Under the pieces are notes generated by a model. The model saw nothing but the letters and a program-made list of their open reading frames with translations. It did no database searches and was not told the DNA's origin. From positions 18,988,160-19,035,699 of the forward strand of contig NC_057719.1 in the NCBI RefSeq assembly GCF_004010195.1: DNA of 47,540 bases. The letters are read 5' to 3'. The position numbers and the translations under genes were made by a program. Shown piece by piece: positions 11,155 through 23,967 of the stretch. Source of the stretch: Chiloscyllium plagiosum (taxonomy: Eukaryota). Numbering within the stretch: position 1 is the stretch's first letter; every line of letters begins with the position of its first letter.

Positions 11155-11868
11155 TTTTAGAAAGTTTCTATAAAACATCTGTAAAGGAAAATAACTCCTG
11201 GAAAAAAGGAAATGCACACGCTACTCAATGTAGCCATTCCTGCCTGGTGCAAGTAATAAAATGGGAGCTTCAGGCACATGTAGCAAGTGTCATATTTTCA
11301 TATTATTTGAATGCAGTTTGCAGCCTATGATACTGAAGCACAGCACTGTAATAAATACTACTTCTTTGAGCCCAGGCACAGTCGTCATGGAGATTGTGTT
11401 TTCACCACACACGATATAGGATCAAACTCTTTCATGGTTAATGCGGATTTAAGGTGCTTGTCAGAAGTGCACTTGTATTGCTAGGTTAGCCATACTCTAG
11501 CTCTTACCATGACTAAGCAGTATTTGACTGCAGAAAAGGTCTGAATTGTGCAGTGATTCTCATGTCAGCACTTGCCTTGAACAGAAAATGGAGATGACAA
11601 ATCTTCAAACTGGATTCTTTCAATTGGTAAAAAGCATAAGATGGAAGACTGTGCATTTATGTAGTTTCCCATGACATTAAAAGCATTTCACATGCAATAA
11701 ATTGTTTACTTTCCTGTCGTAGTTGCTGTTACATTGGCAAATATTGTAGTGAAATTACACATAGCAAATTCGCCAAGACAGGAAACAAGATGAACCTGTT
11801 TCTGATGATGTTGGTTGATAAAGAAGACTTTATTTCCTGATGAAATGTGCCCAGCTAATCTATTGCAA

Positions 11869-12115
11869 AGGGCAGTTAAGAGTTATCCTCATTGCTGTAG
11901 GTCTGGAGTCACATTAGTAAGACAGATCTTCCTGAAAAAACAGTGAATCACGTGGAACTTTGCAACAAATAACAATCATCTACAGTAACCAATGCTGAGA
12001 ATTGCTTTTTAAATTCCACGCTTTATTAATTAAACTTAAATTGTTGTGGTGTGATTTGAATCCATCCCTTGAGAGTATTCTGCTAGGCATTTAGATTATG
12101 AATCCACTACCATCA
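11869..12115 (-). mobile_element. Degenerate SacSINE1-like SINE
   Basis: GGGCAGTTAAGAG...CATTGCTGTAGGTCTGGAGTCACAT is the reverse complement of the core at 2315-2340/3665-3715; GATTTGAATCC is a reversed B-box. Confidence 0.55.
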
Positions 12116-12845
12116 AGCCACTTTTGGCTAAAAGTTTGGGAGAACTAATAGCTTTATGAATGGCTCCATCAGGAGTTTTACATTATCCAATAAAACATCA
12201 CATAAGGTATCTCCTTTAAACTCAATCTTCTAATACGAAGAAGGGGATGAACTAGCTGATAGTTGTATAGCCAGGATTTAATACAAGGCCCATTTCCAGT
12301 GGCCCTGAAGGCCACAACTGAATTGCATGAGGCCGAGGTTGTAGTTACTGCTACCGTAAGGCACCACCAGCTAAACAGAGAGTTCTGACTCAGCGCCACT
12401 GCTAGGAATGGTGGCCAATTCTGGGACTGTACAGCTTCTAGACCAAGAGCACTGGACATCTGCATAAGGGTAAATTGGGAGGACTCACCAGTAGCTGCTT
12501 GACTGACCCCCGCAAGGGGCAATTGGGAGGTATTATCGAGAGACCACAGTCAAAATCTTCACACTGTGTGAGGGTGGGAGGTCCTCCAGGAGCACCAGCT
12601 TTCTGAAATGGAGGCCCCCATTCCAAACCTGCAGGCGGACAACCAAGTTATACCTGGCAGCATTGCAACGTGATGAGAGCTACCCCACTCCTGGTGAAAT
12701 AACACCAGAGACAGGCAAAGCTTCGCTTTGCCATTCTATCTAATAGGAGGCACAAAATGCTAGTCTACATGTGCATGAAGAGACTTGGGAATACTCCTGT
12801 GTGTTTTCCCGGATACTCACTCCCAGTTCCGTAAAACCATATGGC

Positions 12846-13310
12846 AAAGATCAGTAGTAGGCCTTTCAGTCCATCAAATCTGCTTCACCATTCAATGAGG
12901 TCGTGGCTGATCTGGTAATCCTCAATTTGAACTTCCTTGCCTTTTCGCCATAACCCTTAATTGCCTTAAAGCTTAAAAATCCATCTGTCTTAGCTTTGAC
13001 AATACGTAATGACCCAATCTCAACAGCCCTCTGCACTATCCTCTGAAGGAAGAAATCTTTCCTCATCTCTGTCTTAAATGGGTCTTTATGTCCTCTGTTC
13101 CTAGATTCTCCCTCAAGGGGAAACAACCTCTCCACATCAAGTACTCTAAGAAGTTTGTATGTTTCTTTAAGGTCACCGCTCATTCTCCTAGGTTCCAAGG
13201 AGTACAGGCCCAACCTCTCCTTCAAGAATATTCCCTCTATACTTGATATTGGCTAGTGAATGTCTCTTGAATGTCTCTAATGCCAAGATATCTTTCCTTA
13301 GATATGGTAC
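12846..13310 (-). mobile_element. CR1 LINE 3' fragment
   Basis: ORF 12866-13225: RLGLYSLEPRRMSGDLKETYKLLR...FKTEMRKDFF, the typical CR1 ORF2 C-terminus. Confidence 0.85.
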
Positions 13311-14496
13311 CCCTTATGAAATCTGCAACATCAGTGCCATCCAGTGTGTAACTGAGTGAGGGTTTTTTGAGATAGTCCACCGCTACTTCCTTTCTCTTAG
13401 CTCCATCATGGAGCTATCTAATGATTAGTTGTAGAGGATACATCACTGCAGAGTATCTACAGAGGAGGCCCTGTTCTTGGACAATGAGAAAGTTCATCGC
13501 TTGATAATAATAAGTGTAATAACATTTGGTCGGACATAGTTACTGGTACAAATACATCTGCCCCCTCTAAAACTTTCAGTTGAACTCCTTGCCTCCACCT
13601 ATAGCTTGTTTATGACAGTGTACCCAATGTAGTATAATCATTAACCCTTTCAGAACCGTTATCCTATGCATCATGTATTAGTGATATTCCCTAACCAGGG
13701 ATTCAATTTTTAAAGTCATTTGCGGGACATGGCTATTCCTGGCAGGTATATTGACCATTCCTTATCTCACATGTCAATTCAATTTTGATCCACCATTTTG
13801 AACCATTGTAGTCCATGCGGTGTAATTGAGCCTATAATGCTATACAGCAGTATGTAATTACCATTAAAAATCATTTGGAGTGTTTGCAAAAACATGATGC
13901 TTTTGAACAGCATAAAATAACAGTATAATGCTCACACTATCTAGCTTCCAGCAGCCTGATGAATAATTAGAAAGGATTTGTAGTGCTGCAAATGATTTAT
14001 GAGCTGCAGTGTTACTTTACTTAAAGGAAAGTTAACCTTAATTCTGAGTAAAATAAATGTTTATAAACATTAACAGAGACAATTGTAGGCTGCTGAAGGA
14101 CAATCACTTAGCCATAAATTGCCTAAAATGCTAAAGACTGCTTTGATTTGAGAAAATGGAACAGACGTTTTTGAAGATGCATCACAATTCACACCAGTCT
14201 CAACCTCGTCAATATTTGGTTGGCTTGGCATAGCACAGAAACAGACAAAACTTCACCATGGTGGCCAGCACAGAAATGTGGCTTATCTAAGAAAGTCAGG
14301 GAAATGTTCAACAGGTCTAGCTGCATGTAATGGAGAGCGAAACAGAGTTAACGTTTCAAGCAATGACCTTATATCAGATTCTCAGGCCCCAAATGATTTG
14401 GGCAATGCTGAAAAATCTGGGAGAATCAGGTTAGAATTCAGCTGAGGCCTTTCTTGATGTCAGGATCAACAAATGACATTTTTCAACAGCATCTGT

Positions 14497-14810
14497 GGGC
14501 GGCATGGTAGCACAGTGGTTAGCACTGCTGCCTCACAGCGCCAGAGACCTGGGTTCAGTTCCCGCCTCAGGCGACTGACTGTGTGGAGTTTGCACGTTCT
14601 CCCCATGTCTGCGTGGGTTTCCTCCAGGTACTCCGGTTTCCTCCCACAGTCCAAAGATGCAGGTCAGGTGAATTGGCCATGCTAAATTGCCCGTAGTGTT
14701 AGGTATGGGGTAAATGTAGGGGTATGGGTGGGTTGCGCTTCGGCGGGTCGGTGTGGACTTGTTGGGCCGAAGGGCCTGTTTCCACACTGTAATGTAATCT
14801 AATAATCTAA
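14497..14810 (+). mobile_element. HE1-type V-SINE, full length
   Basis: Same head, V-domain and tail as 10836-11154. Confidence 0.93.
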
Positions 14811-15109
14811 TAACAAGATTCTCACGAGTAAGCAGTGAGAGGTCTATTAATGAGGATTATCAGTCTTTTCTCACCTTCATTAATGTGCACTGTCCTATTC
14901 CATCACTCCCTAGATCGATACTAGACGATGAGAATTCTTGACTTGAATATCTGAACAGTACCTGGGAACACATCTCACCAGTTGCTCCTCCGCATTGTCA
15001 TCTTATTCACCCAGCAGCAACATCTGAGGGCACTTTGCATGGGAATCAGCTGATTATACCACATATCCATGGATGCTGGAACCTGACATATTCCAGCCTC
15101 ATCACAACA

Positions 15110-15328
15110 GCATGGCTGTGACTCATTTACAGATTCAATCAATAAGCACATTGACCTGGACCCAATATACCGACCACTGCAGCGGACAGCTGGAACTGAC
15201 AACCGGAAGCGGCAGATTCAAACCACTATAAATGCCAGAGGAAAGATCACAGAAGCGCTTCACAGGAGGCTCCCAAGCACTGAGGATGTCACCTAGACAG
15301 CGGACGAAATGTCTGCAACACAAATTCT
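15110..15328 (+). mobile_element. PLE 3' end (Poseidon-type endonuclease C-terminus) with hammerhead
   Basis: Encodes DSINKHIDLDPIYRPLQRT. Followed by GCA-CTGAGGA-T-GTC...GAC-GAAA-TGTC-TGC (15277-15316), where GCA/TGC forms stem I. GCTTCAC.GGAGGCTC context is shared with family D. Clade assignment from recollection. Confidence 0.7.
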
Positions 15329-15356
15329 AAAGGGAGTAGTTCTCAGCCAAGTAAAG

Positions 15357-15617
15357 GGTGGCACATTGTGGCTCAGTGGTTAGCACTGCTGTCTCCCAGC
15401 AACAGGGACCCAGGTTTGATTCCAGCCTCGGGTGACTGCCTGTGCACATTCTCCCTGTGTCTGTATGGGTTTCCTCCCACAGATCTGCAGGTTAAATGGA
15501 TTGGCCAGACTAAATTGCCCATAGTGTGCAGGCTAGATGGATTAGCTATGAGGATCTGGGTGGGTTGCTCTTCGGAGGGGTGGTGTGGACTTGACGCTTT
15601 CACACTCTAGAATTCTA
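15357..15617 (+). mobile_element. Older, internally deleted HE1-type SINE
   Basis: GTGGCTCAGTGGTTAGCACTGCTG head, partial V-domain, GGTGTGGACTTG tail. Confidence 0.8.
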
Positions 15618-15864
15618 GGATACCCTTCACTCAGAAGCTTCCAGCACAGTAAGCCAAGGGCACCTCTGATAGCTTATGCCCAATCATTCGGCTGCTTGGG
15701 ACAGTCGGGATCAGGACCATATCCTTGGAGGGGTGAGTGGTGTTTGTGGTGTTGGGGGAATGGGTAACAGCAAGTGAGGGAACATGTTGCACACAAGTGA
15801 CAGTATTGGAGCGTTTGCTTCAGTAGATGGCATGTGATGAAGTAGAGGAAAGATGGAGTCACTA

Positions 15865-16070
15865 ACCCTAATGCAGCAGGAAAGGTCATTGACCTTCTTA
15901 CAATACTGCTTGGCATTCCTCTAGATAGATGAGGTTGCAATGAGCAGGCTGGCATGTTCTGAAACTGTGCTCTCCTTTGCTGCTGCTTTGGGAAGAGAAT
16001 GTTTATCCTCTGCAATAGCCCATCCATCAGAACCTACAGCTTCGTGTCCCCAAAGTATGACGTGAATTCC
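15865..16070 (-). mobile_element. Degenerate Myb/SANT-like ORF of a PIF/Harbinger transposon
   Basis: Minus strand F.D.KL*VLMDGLLQRINILFP...QNMPA, then after a frameshift RNAKQYCKKVNDL and a GTTAGT donor-like site. This matches the Myb/SANT-like DNA-binding pattern of Harbinger accessory proteins. Confidence 0.55.
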
Positions 16071-17000
16071 CTCTAATCCTTTGTGTCATGAACCGTACAG
16101 GGCAACTCCAGACTGACAGTGCTTGACCTGATGCATCAATGAACATTTAAAGATGGCATCCAGTGCCAGGTGTCCTTTGGTAGTGAGTACCCCGACTGTG
16201 GCAACTAGGAGAGTCAGGTTAACATCAGATGAGATGGGCACGATCAATCGTTGATGAGGTGAGTTTGTGACTATAGCAAAAGGAGATCATGAGAGAAAAC
16301 CTCCATGATACTCACTGAAATGACACTTTGCCTGACTATGATAATATTCAGTCCTTCATCTTTGATTTTGTTGAAAGTTTGTTGATATGGCAGATTCTTT
16401 TTTCAGAACATCCTGCTGGACGCAAGGAGCAATGATTGACTGGAAACAGCCTGATTGGCTGGCATCTCTGAAGTCCCAGCAGCACCATTGGCAGCAGTGG
16501 CCAAAACTAGGACTCCAAGCAGACCTCCAATTCCAACTGTCAGACTCCAAGAGCAGGTTAAGTGCCAGAGGATCTCACAGTGGAAGGTGGAGGTGAATCC
16601 TAGAAGTCTGCGAAGGGAGAAAGGAATAGTGAGTCTTAATGGAGAGGAGGCAGAGGGCTCAGGAAGTGAAAGGTGGTGTCATGACTTTGAGGCAGAGAAA
16701 ACCAACAGTGGCACTGATCTCATGGAGATGAATCTGATGGGATCCCCCAATTTCCATCTGAGGTCTGGACAAGCTGAGAGGCTGGGCTTTCCTCTATCCT
16801 TAACCTCCCTCTTTCAGCCTCATAATTGAAAGTGAAAGTTTGAATAAGCGATTAAAGTTATGAAGCATTTTTACATAACAAGGGTCATAGAATTTGTAAC
16901 TGTTTTCCACAAACAGTAGTGGATGCAGGTCAGTTAATTTTAAATCTGAGGTACGTTTTTTTCATTAAGCAAAGTGAAGGATTTGGGCCAAATGCAGGCA

Positions 17001-17443
17001 CAGAGTCATAGAGTCATAAAGATGTACAGCATGGAAACAGACCCTTCGGTTCAACCCGTCCATGTGACCAGATATCCCAACCCAATCTAGTCCCACCTGC
17101 CAGCACCCGGCCCATATCCCTCCAAACCCTTCCTATTCATATACCCATCCAAATGTCTTTTAAATGTTGCAATTGTACCAGCCTCCACCACTTCCTCTAG
17201 CAGCTCATTCCATACACGTACCACCCTCTGTGTGAAAAAGTTGCCCCTTAGGTCTCTATTATATCTTTCCCCTCTCACCCTAAACCTATGCCCTCTAGTT
17301 CTGGACTCCCCGACCCCAGGGAAAAGACTTTGCCTATTTATCCTATCCATGCCCCTTATAATTTTGTAAACGTCTATAAGGTCACCCCTCAGCCTCTGAC
17401 GCTCCAGGGAAAACAGCCCCAGCCTGTTCAGCCTCTCCCTATA
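17001..17443 (-). mobile_element. HER1-type CR1 LINE 3' fragment inserted in an older CR1 tail (~16860-17535, +)
   Basis: ORF 17087-17473: YRERLNRLGLFSLERQRLRGDLIDVYKI...VWNELLEEVVEAGTIATFKRHLD; (CTATGACT)n tail. Confidence 0.92.
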
Positions 17444-18548
17444 GCATATGAAGTTAGGCCACTGATCAGCCACGATTTCATTGAATGTTGGACCAGGCTC
17501 CAGGGGCTAGATGGCCGACTTATGTTCCTCTAAGAGCAGGAAGGAAGCAGTCCTGTGTGGGCAATAATGAAGGCAAGGGTAGGTAAGCAGGTCTAGGCCT
17601 CACCCTAGGTAATACTGCAGACAGTTCAGCGTGAATGGGCAGCAGAATGTAAAACTCTGCCCACTCTCTGTTTCTCAGCCTGTCCTGACCAGCATTTTCT
17701 GTTTATTATTTCAGAGTTGCAGCATCGGCACTATTTTGTTTTTGCATATTTTATCTGGAGTTCATCTTGTGAGTCTGGAGTGGACTATTTGTGGCACTAA
17801 ACAATGAGCAGTCAATGGATTCACATGACAGATCTCTGCTTTCGTATGTTGTGTTATCTTAATACAAGCATTGGTCCATTTATTTTAAATGGGTTAACAC
17901 AGCCTCTAAGATAGCAGACAGAGGAATGTCAACAGCTACTTCTAAATGGTAGAGATTTGAATCACGTTCTGACAACAATAGAGCTCCTGTCAAAACTAAA
18001 AGTAAAGCTTGTGGTAATCTACTAGTAATCTTTCCCCCACGTAGAAAACACATCTGTGTAAAAGACTGCTCACTTTTTCATGCTCACATTTGTTTGTTCT
18101 ACCATTGACCTTGTACTCATTCCAAATAAGGCCAAGAGAGGCTGGAGGCAGAGGCACTGAGTCCTAGCCCAGGCATTGTTCTAACCCAATTAGAAAAGGT
18201 AGCAGAGAGATTGCTATTAGCTGCAATACCCTTAGCATTCCTGTACCAGTAGTGTTGGGGTCTATTAGGAGATCCATTCCTGAAATGTGGCATGGAATTC
18301 TTAAGATTCCAGTGAATTCGATAGATTTTGTAACCACTTTAGAAATTGACCCGGGGCGGGGAGGTGGTGAGGGGTGGGGTGGGGCGGGGGAGGGGGGTAG
18401 TGGTGGGAGGGAGCTGAGTGGAAACAGTATTATGATGCTACTGAAAGCACTCTGACACTTCCACATCTCCCCATATTGAATGTTTGAGGGCCAATTCTCC
18501 CCTTTTACTGTTTTAAAATCATTAATTAAAAAAAACAAAATTGATGCA

Positions 18549-18729
18549 TGATTTGGAGGTACGAGTGTCGGACTGGGGTGGACAAAGTTAAAAATCGCAC
18601 AGCACCAGCTTATGGTCCAACAGGGTTATTTGGAAGTATTAGCCTTTAGAGCGCTGCTCCTTCATCAGGTAGCTTGCTGGTACTTCCATCTAAACCTTTT
18701 GGACTATAACCTGGTGTTGTGTGATTTTT
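18549..18729. mobile_element. Foldback PLE-derived element family C with ~12-bp TSD
   Basis: Full minus arm including CTGATGAAGGAGCAGCGCTC; truncated plus arm ending GTGATTTTT; flanks AAAATTGATGCA (18537-18548) and AAAATTAATGCA (18730-18741). Confidence 0.75.
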
Positions 18730-18907
18730 AAAATTAATGCAAACAGCTCCAAAGGTCTCTGTAGCAAAAAATCAAAACAGAAAAAGGAATTTGTTGAAGT
18801 TAAATTGAACGATCAATTTTGAGGGGGGTGGTGTGTGTGTGTGTAATGATGCAACCCAGCGCCCCACCCCCCCCACAATTCTCATCGATTGCTGAAGGTC
18901 TGAAATG

Positions 18908-19745
18908 GTAGGTAAAAACAAGGACTGCAGATGCTGGAAACCAGATTCTAGATTAGAGTGGTACTTGAAAAGCACAGCAGGTCAGGCAGCCACCCCTCCA
19001 ACCGTAAGAAGGACAGAACCTCCCTGGTGCTCACCTTCCACCCTACCAACTTTCACAAAAACCACATTTCCCCCACCTCCAAACGGAGCCCACCACCAGG
19101 GATATATTTCCCTCCACACTCCTTTCTGCCTTCTGCAAAGACCATTCCCTCCATAACTACCTGGTCAGGTCCACCCCCCCCCCCCCCCAACAACCCACCC
19201 TCCCATCCTGGCACCCTCCCCTGCCATCGCAGGAATTGCAAACCCTGCGTCCACACCTCCACCCTCACCACCATCCAAAGCCCCAAAGGAGCCTTCCACA
19301 TCCATCAAAGTTTTACCTGCACATCCACCAATATCATTTATTGTATCCGTTGCTCCCGATGCNNNNNNNGAGCCAGGGGGAGGGGGGAAGGTGGAGAGAT
19401 AAGTGGGAGGGGGGTGGGGCGGGGGGGAAGTAGCTGAGAGGGTGATAGTTGGATGGAGGTGGGGTTGATGGTGATAGATCAGAGGGGAGGGTGGGGTGGG
19501 AAGGACGATGGACAGGTAGGACAGGTCAAGAGGGTGGTGCTGACTTGGAGGGTTGGATCTGGGATGAGATGAGAGGAGGGGAGATGAAGAAACTGGTGGA
19601 GTCGTAGCTAGATGCAGGAGGGGGCGTGATGGTATGTAGCTGCAGATCCAGTTTCCTCATCTCCCCTCCTCCTACCTCACCCCAGATCGACTCTCCTGCT
19701 CCTTGGATGCTGCCTAACCTGCTGTGCTTTTTCAGCCTCACACTT
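18908..19745. mobile_element. Rearranged Neptune-type PLE: inverted family A ends, Cys linker/GIY-YIG fragment on +, assembly gap 19363-19369
   Basis: PGTLPCHRRNCKPCVHT...FHIHQSFTCTSTNIIYCIRCSRC up to the N-run. Family A tail on - at 18908-18990 and on + at 19686-19745. Confidence 0.8.
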
Positions 19746-20817
19746 TTCCATCTTGTCCAAGCCCAGGAGCAGGCCCATGAGTGATCTTCCCTCGGCTTGT
19801 TCTCCCACCTCTCCACAAGGTGCCCAAAGATCAGGAGCGTGGTGTTGAAGGTGCAAAAATTTAGAACTGGTCCTTTTCAAGTAAAATAAAGGGACTGGAA
19901 ACTTTTACAATTTCTGTATGTATGATCCATGGATTCCTTGAAGCTGCAAAAATCTAGGGCAGCCTGGGAGTCTTAACTTGTGGACTGCTGCACCTTTCAG
20001 ACCAAGTGCCTGATTGTAAAAGGGAAGACTCCTGTGGAGCTAGTCCTTCGCTAAAGGAGTTCAATACCACAGGAAGACAAGGAGGGACACTTGTCTCAAA
20101 GACAGACAAACATAAGGAAGTGAAGGATGTACAGCATCAGGCAATACAGGAAACCTCCCCCCCACCCATCCACTCTCCACCCAGAAAGAAGCAGAAGGAA
20201 TGTTCCCAAGATGGCACAAATAGTTTGGCTTTCGAGGTTCTACTCCAATGTGAAATTCTATCTAAATTGGAATCAGACAGATGGATATACATATCACAAG
20301 CAGCTTCAGGATCAAGTGCCATTGTTTTGACACTTGGGTGGCTTTGGCCAAGAGCTGGCCACCAAGTAACCCGCAGCTAGTGAGTTTCTCTGGCAGAGTC
20401 TACCCCATTCTCCAGCATCAAGCACATGCCCAGTGTCTGGTCAATCTGACCAGTCTCTTCTGCCAGACATCCATATTTCCGCTGGAGGTGCGGATTCCTG
20501 AGCAGTGATTTAATTAACTAACTGACAGCCGTCAGTCTGATGGGAGACAGCTCTGGGGTGAGGCCACCATGGCCAAATGTTAATCATGTCCTCGTAAAAG
20601 ATGGACAAGAGATACAAAGATCAGAGCGAACAGCGGACTGGAGGTTCATGTCATTGTTGAAGCTGTGCACTTGGCAGAAGAAGTAGGCCACCAGACCGCA
20701 CCATCTAGGAGGTAGCTTGATATAATGGTATCGCTACTGGTTCTGAAGCTGGAAGCACCCTATCTAGTCACAAGACAACCCACGGTCTGATTGCCCTCCC
20801 TAAGTAAGAAGGTTAGA

Positions 20818-20940
20818 ACAGTCCAAAGATGTGCAGGTCAGGTGAATTGGCCATGCTAAATTGCCCGTAGTGTTAGGTAGTCGGTGTGGACTTGTTGGGC
20901 CGAAGGGCCTGTTTCCACACTGTAAGTAATCTAATCTAAT
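20818..20940 (+). mobile_element. 5'-truncated, internally deleted HE1-type SINE
   Basis: ACAGTCCAAAGATGTGCAGGTCAGG...GTGTTAGGTA joined directly to GTCGGTGTGGACTTG...TAATCTAATCTAAT. Confidence 0.88.
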
Positions 20941-21516
20941 TTGCAGAGACTCAGTGCTGCCTTTTGTCCCAGAGGAAATCCGTAGCTCTCCCCTATAATG
21001 TTTTGACAAAACTATGGGGGAGGTGATTTAATTAACTAACTAATGCTGCAAAATTGCAATGGTCAGTTACTTCATGATCAAAGATTGACACCAATAGGAC
21101 AGCACTTAAAGCAGTCTGGTCCAGTGCCCAGGGTGAGTGGTAACTTTAGCCTCCAGCTCCTGACAGTTCACCTTCCAGGATTTCTCGGCAGGAATAAAGT
21201 AGACTCCCAAATACAGGAGACAGGTGGTGTTCCTGGTGAATTACTTGAGCTCTGCTGGTGGAAAGTTCACACGCCACTGATGGACAAGGAATTGGGACCA
21301 AATTCCCAGTTATTCTCGACAGAGGACACTGTAGTGTGTAGGTCTTGGTGCTCTCACATCCTCCACAGGTCAGCTGGCACCATGAACATGAGGAGTATAC
21401 CATCATCCAAAAACTCTTGTCTTGCGCAGAGCCAACCCTTACAAACCCATCCACAAGAGGCTCAGGAATAGCTCCATGCAAATTGAATGTAACTGGTCAG
21501 GTAAAGGGTGGCAAAA

Positions 21517-22138
21517 TCTGGATTAGTAGTGCTGGAAGAGCACAGCAGTTCAGGCAGCATCCAAGGAGCAGCGAAATCGACGTTTCGGGCAAAAGTCCTT
21601 AATCAGGAATAAAGGCAGAGAGCCTGAAGCATGGAGAGATATGCTAGAGGAGGGTGGGGGTGGGGAGAAAGTAGCATAGAGGGGATGAGTGGGAGAGGGG
21701 ATGAAGGTGATAGGTCAGGGAGGAGAGGGTGGAGTGAATAGGTGGAAAAGGAGATAGGCAGGTAGGACAAGTCCGGACAAGTCATGGGGACAGTGCTGAG
21801 CTAGAAGTTTGGAACTAGGGTGAGGTGGGGGAAGGGGAAATGAGGAAACTGTCGGAGGTGTTCCCTAAAGCGCTCTGCTAGGAGGGGCCCAGTCTCCCCA
21901 ATGTAGAGGAGACCGTATTGGGACCAACGGATATAATAAATGATATTAGTGGATGTGCAGGTAAAACTTTGATGGATGTGGAAGGCTCCTTTAGGGCCTT
22001 GGATAGAGGTGAGGGAGGAGGTGTGGGCGCAGGTTTTACAGTTCCTGCGGTGGCAGGGGAAGGTGCCAGAATCGGAGGGTGGGTTGTAGGGGGGCGTGGA
22101 CCTGACCAGGTAGTCGCGGAGGGAACGGTCTTTGCGGA
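21517..22138 (-). mobile_element. Neptune-type PLE 3' part: Cys-rich linker + GIY-YIG endonuclease fragment + family A tail with hammerhead
   Basis: GTFPCHRRNCKTCAH...FTCTSTNIIYYIRWSQYGLLYIGETGPLLAERFREHLR; tail CTGATTAAGGACTTTTGCCCGAAACGTC at ~21579-21606. Confidence 0.9.
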
Positions 22139-23967
22139 CTTTACTAACCTTTATCAAACACTGTGCTGCAGTGTACAGAAATTGAATCCAGGCAATAAAT
22201 CGTATCCTGAAACCAAAATCCCCTGAATAAACATTTGCTGTCCTCCATGTTGCCTTTTCCTGATCAAGAGACAAGAACACAAAGGACAGCCCAGTCCTTT
22301 AGGAAAGATAGATCAGTCTTTGTCAAGAGGAATGTTGTTATAAATGATCCAGCTTTGCTCCCCATTCCACATTCCTCTGTGCCCTTGTTCTCATAGGTTC
22401 TCACTGGTTCAGGTTACTCTGCAACAAATCAGTCAATTTGAAATAGCCCTATTCTGCTTGGCACTGGTAGGAACAACTAGGACTCTCAGGAACTTACTTA
22501 CTTTGGAACATAGAAGCAAACATAAGACATGGCTGTTCCACAGATAACCTTATTATACATTGTACACATTTCTGGAACTCTGCCCATGAGTTCCATGTCA
22601 TTTATTATTGTCTTGGACAACTAGATGTTGTGCAAGTCTGAAGATCATCATGTCCACAACCCAGTAGTCAACTCTCCCACTGGGTAACCAGAGGTGGAAC
22701 AAAAAAAGTAGAAGATAGTGACTAGTTTATAATAATAATGAACAGTTTAACATCACTGTCCTCCTCATAATCATAAATCCTACCACAAACTTCTTGCATA
22801 TGTTGGAAGGACATTTCAATAATTATCTATGGCTAACTAGCTTGTCTTACACTTTTGACGTGCTGTATTTTGTTGTTTTCTGATATACTAGAGATTTGCT
22901 TAAGCCAAAAGTGCTTAAGCTGTAAAGATCACATTATCCTGTTCCACTGACACATGAATCTCCTCTGATTCTACAGAGAAAGAGGGAGAGAGAGAGTCAC
23001 GATAGTAATGCAGGTCCATTGGGTGTAGGTCATGGACAAAAACAGTGCTTTTCCTGTATCCTTTGCATAATTGGATAGACGAAAATATAGCTGTACCGGT
23101 GAATTGTTGAACAAACACTTGCTCATGCATATGGCTCATAAATTCAACCTCCAATTATTTTTGGCACTCAGATCAGCCTTCTCTGGCATTTTAGCAATCA
23201 TGCTTAATGGAGTGGCTTGTAAATGTGATGGCATCATTTTCTGGCTTTCATGTCTTTTAGATGTGGTTTAGATGCTTCCAGAGGTTCTTTGATTTTAAAT
23301 AAGAACTTGGAGCCTCTTGCAGGCAAAAATTTGAAATCAACATCCTTCAGCCGTGAGCGTCTCATGAGAAGAGGGTCCCTTGGCTGGATTAATTTACTCC
23401 AGCATCTGTTGCCTATCTGACGAATGCCATCAACAAATCTGGACCAGTCACTCATTGATGCACCATCCTTTTGATCCTTCATTTTAATTGCCACCATGAA
23501 GATTGGCTCGAAAGCAAAATTTAAACCACCAAAGCCTTGCTGTGTTCTCCATCTTATTTGTTAATGGTCTCTCCCAGCTGGCTCATTCTCCGACGAGAGG
23601 CGATGCGTATTTAGAACTATGATTCACCGATCACTCAGAGGCGTTTAACAACCCCCCACTGGCATTTCTGACGACCATTTGGTCTGCATCCAAATAGCCA
23701 TTATTATATTGAAAGCAATACCAAGCACAGAATTTGGCTGCATCATTGGCCCAATTGGAAAGGTCTCAAGTAGGAAATTGTTACTCAGACTGGCATCCAA
23801 TCTACTCGACGAAAGATTCAGACTTTGGGGCTCGCAGTCACACATCCCATCCAAGCAGCTAAGGACTGCCATCAGGTCTCAACTGTGGTTTCATGAAAGA
23901 TATGTGCTGCGGTATTAGACAAAAGCAGAAATGCTTCAATAAAGGACGCAATACAAGCGTCCAAAAG

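Larger units (their letters stand above)
19753..22350 (-). mobile_element. Degenerate Tx1-clade (L1-like) non-LTR retrotransposon ORF2, interrupted by a SINE piece and a PLE
   Basis: Collinear minus-strand motifs: RTGLSFVFLSLDQEKA...FGFRIRFIAWIQFLYTAAQCLIKV (~22145-22300); DDGILLMF..PADLWRM and LLYLGVYFIPAEKSWKVNCQELEAKV (~21140-21410); LLRNPHL (~20490); DSQAALDFCSFKESMDH and TTLLIFGH (~19820-19975). Confidence 0.8.

Noticed and set aside
18351..18415. G-quadruplex-capable tracts (also ~8270-8300 and 19370-19500)
   Set aside because: Low-complexity G runs, two of them inside PLE remnants; nothing supports a function.
18958..19437. Continuous PLE ORF across the N-run
   Set aside because: Assembly gap at 19363-19369; sequence after it is PLE 3' region in the opposite orientation, so continuity cannot be claimed.
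21801..22280. 159 aa ORF that looks like an RT-GIY-YIG fusion protein
   Set aside because: It is a chance in-frame junction between a decayed Tx1 RT piece and an inserted PLE fragment at ~22138, not a gene.
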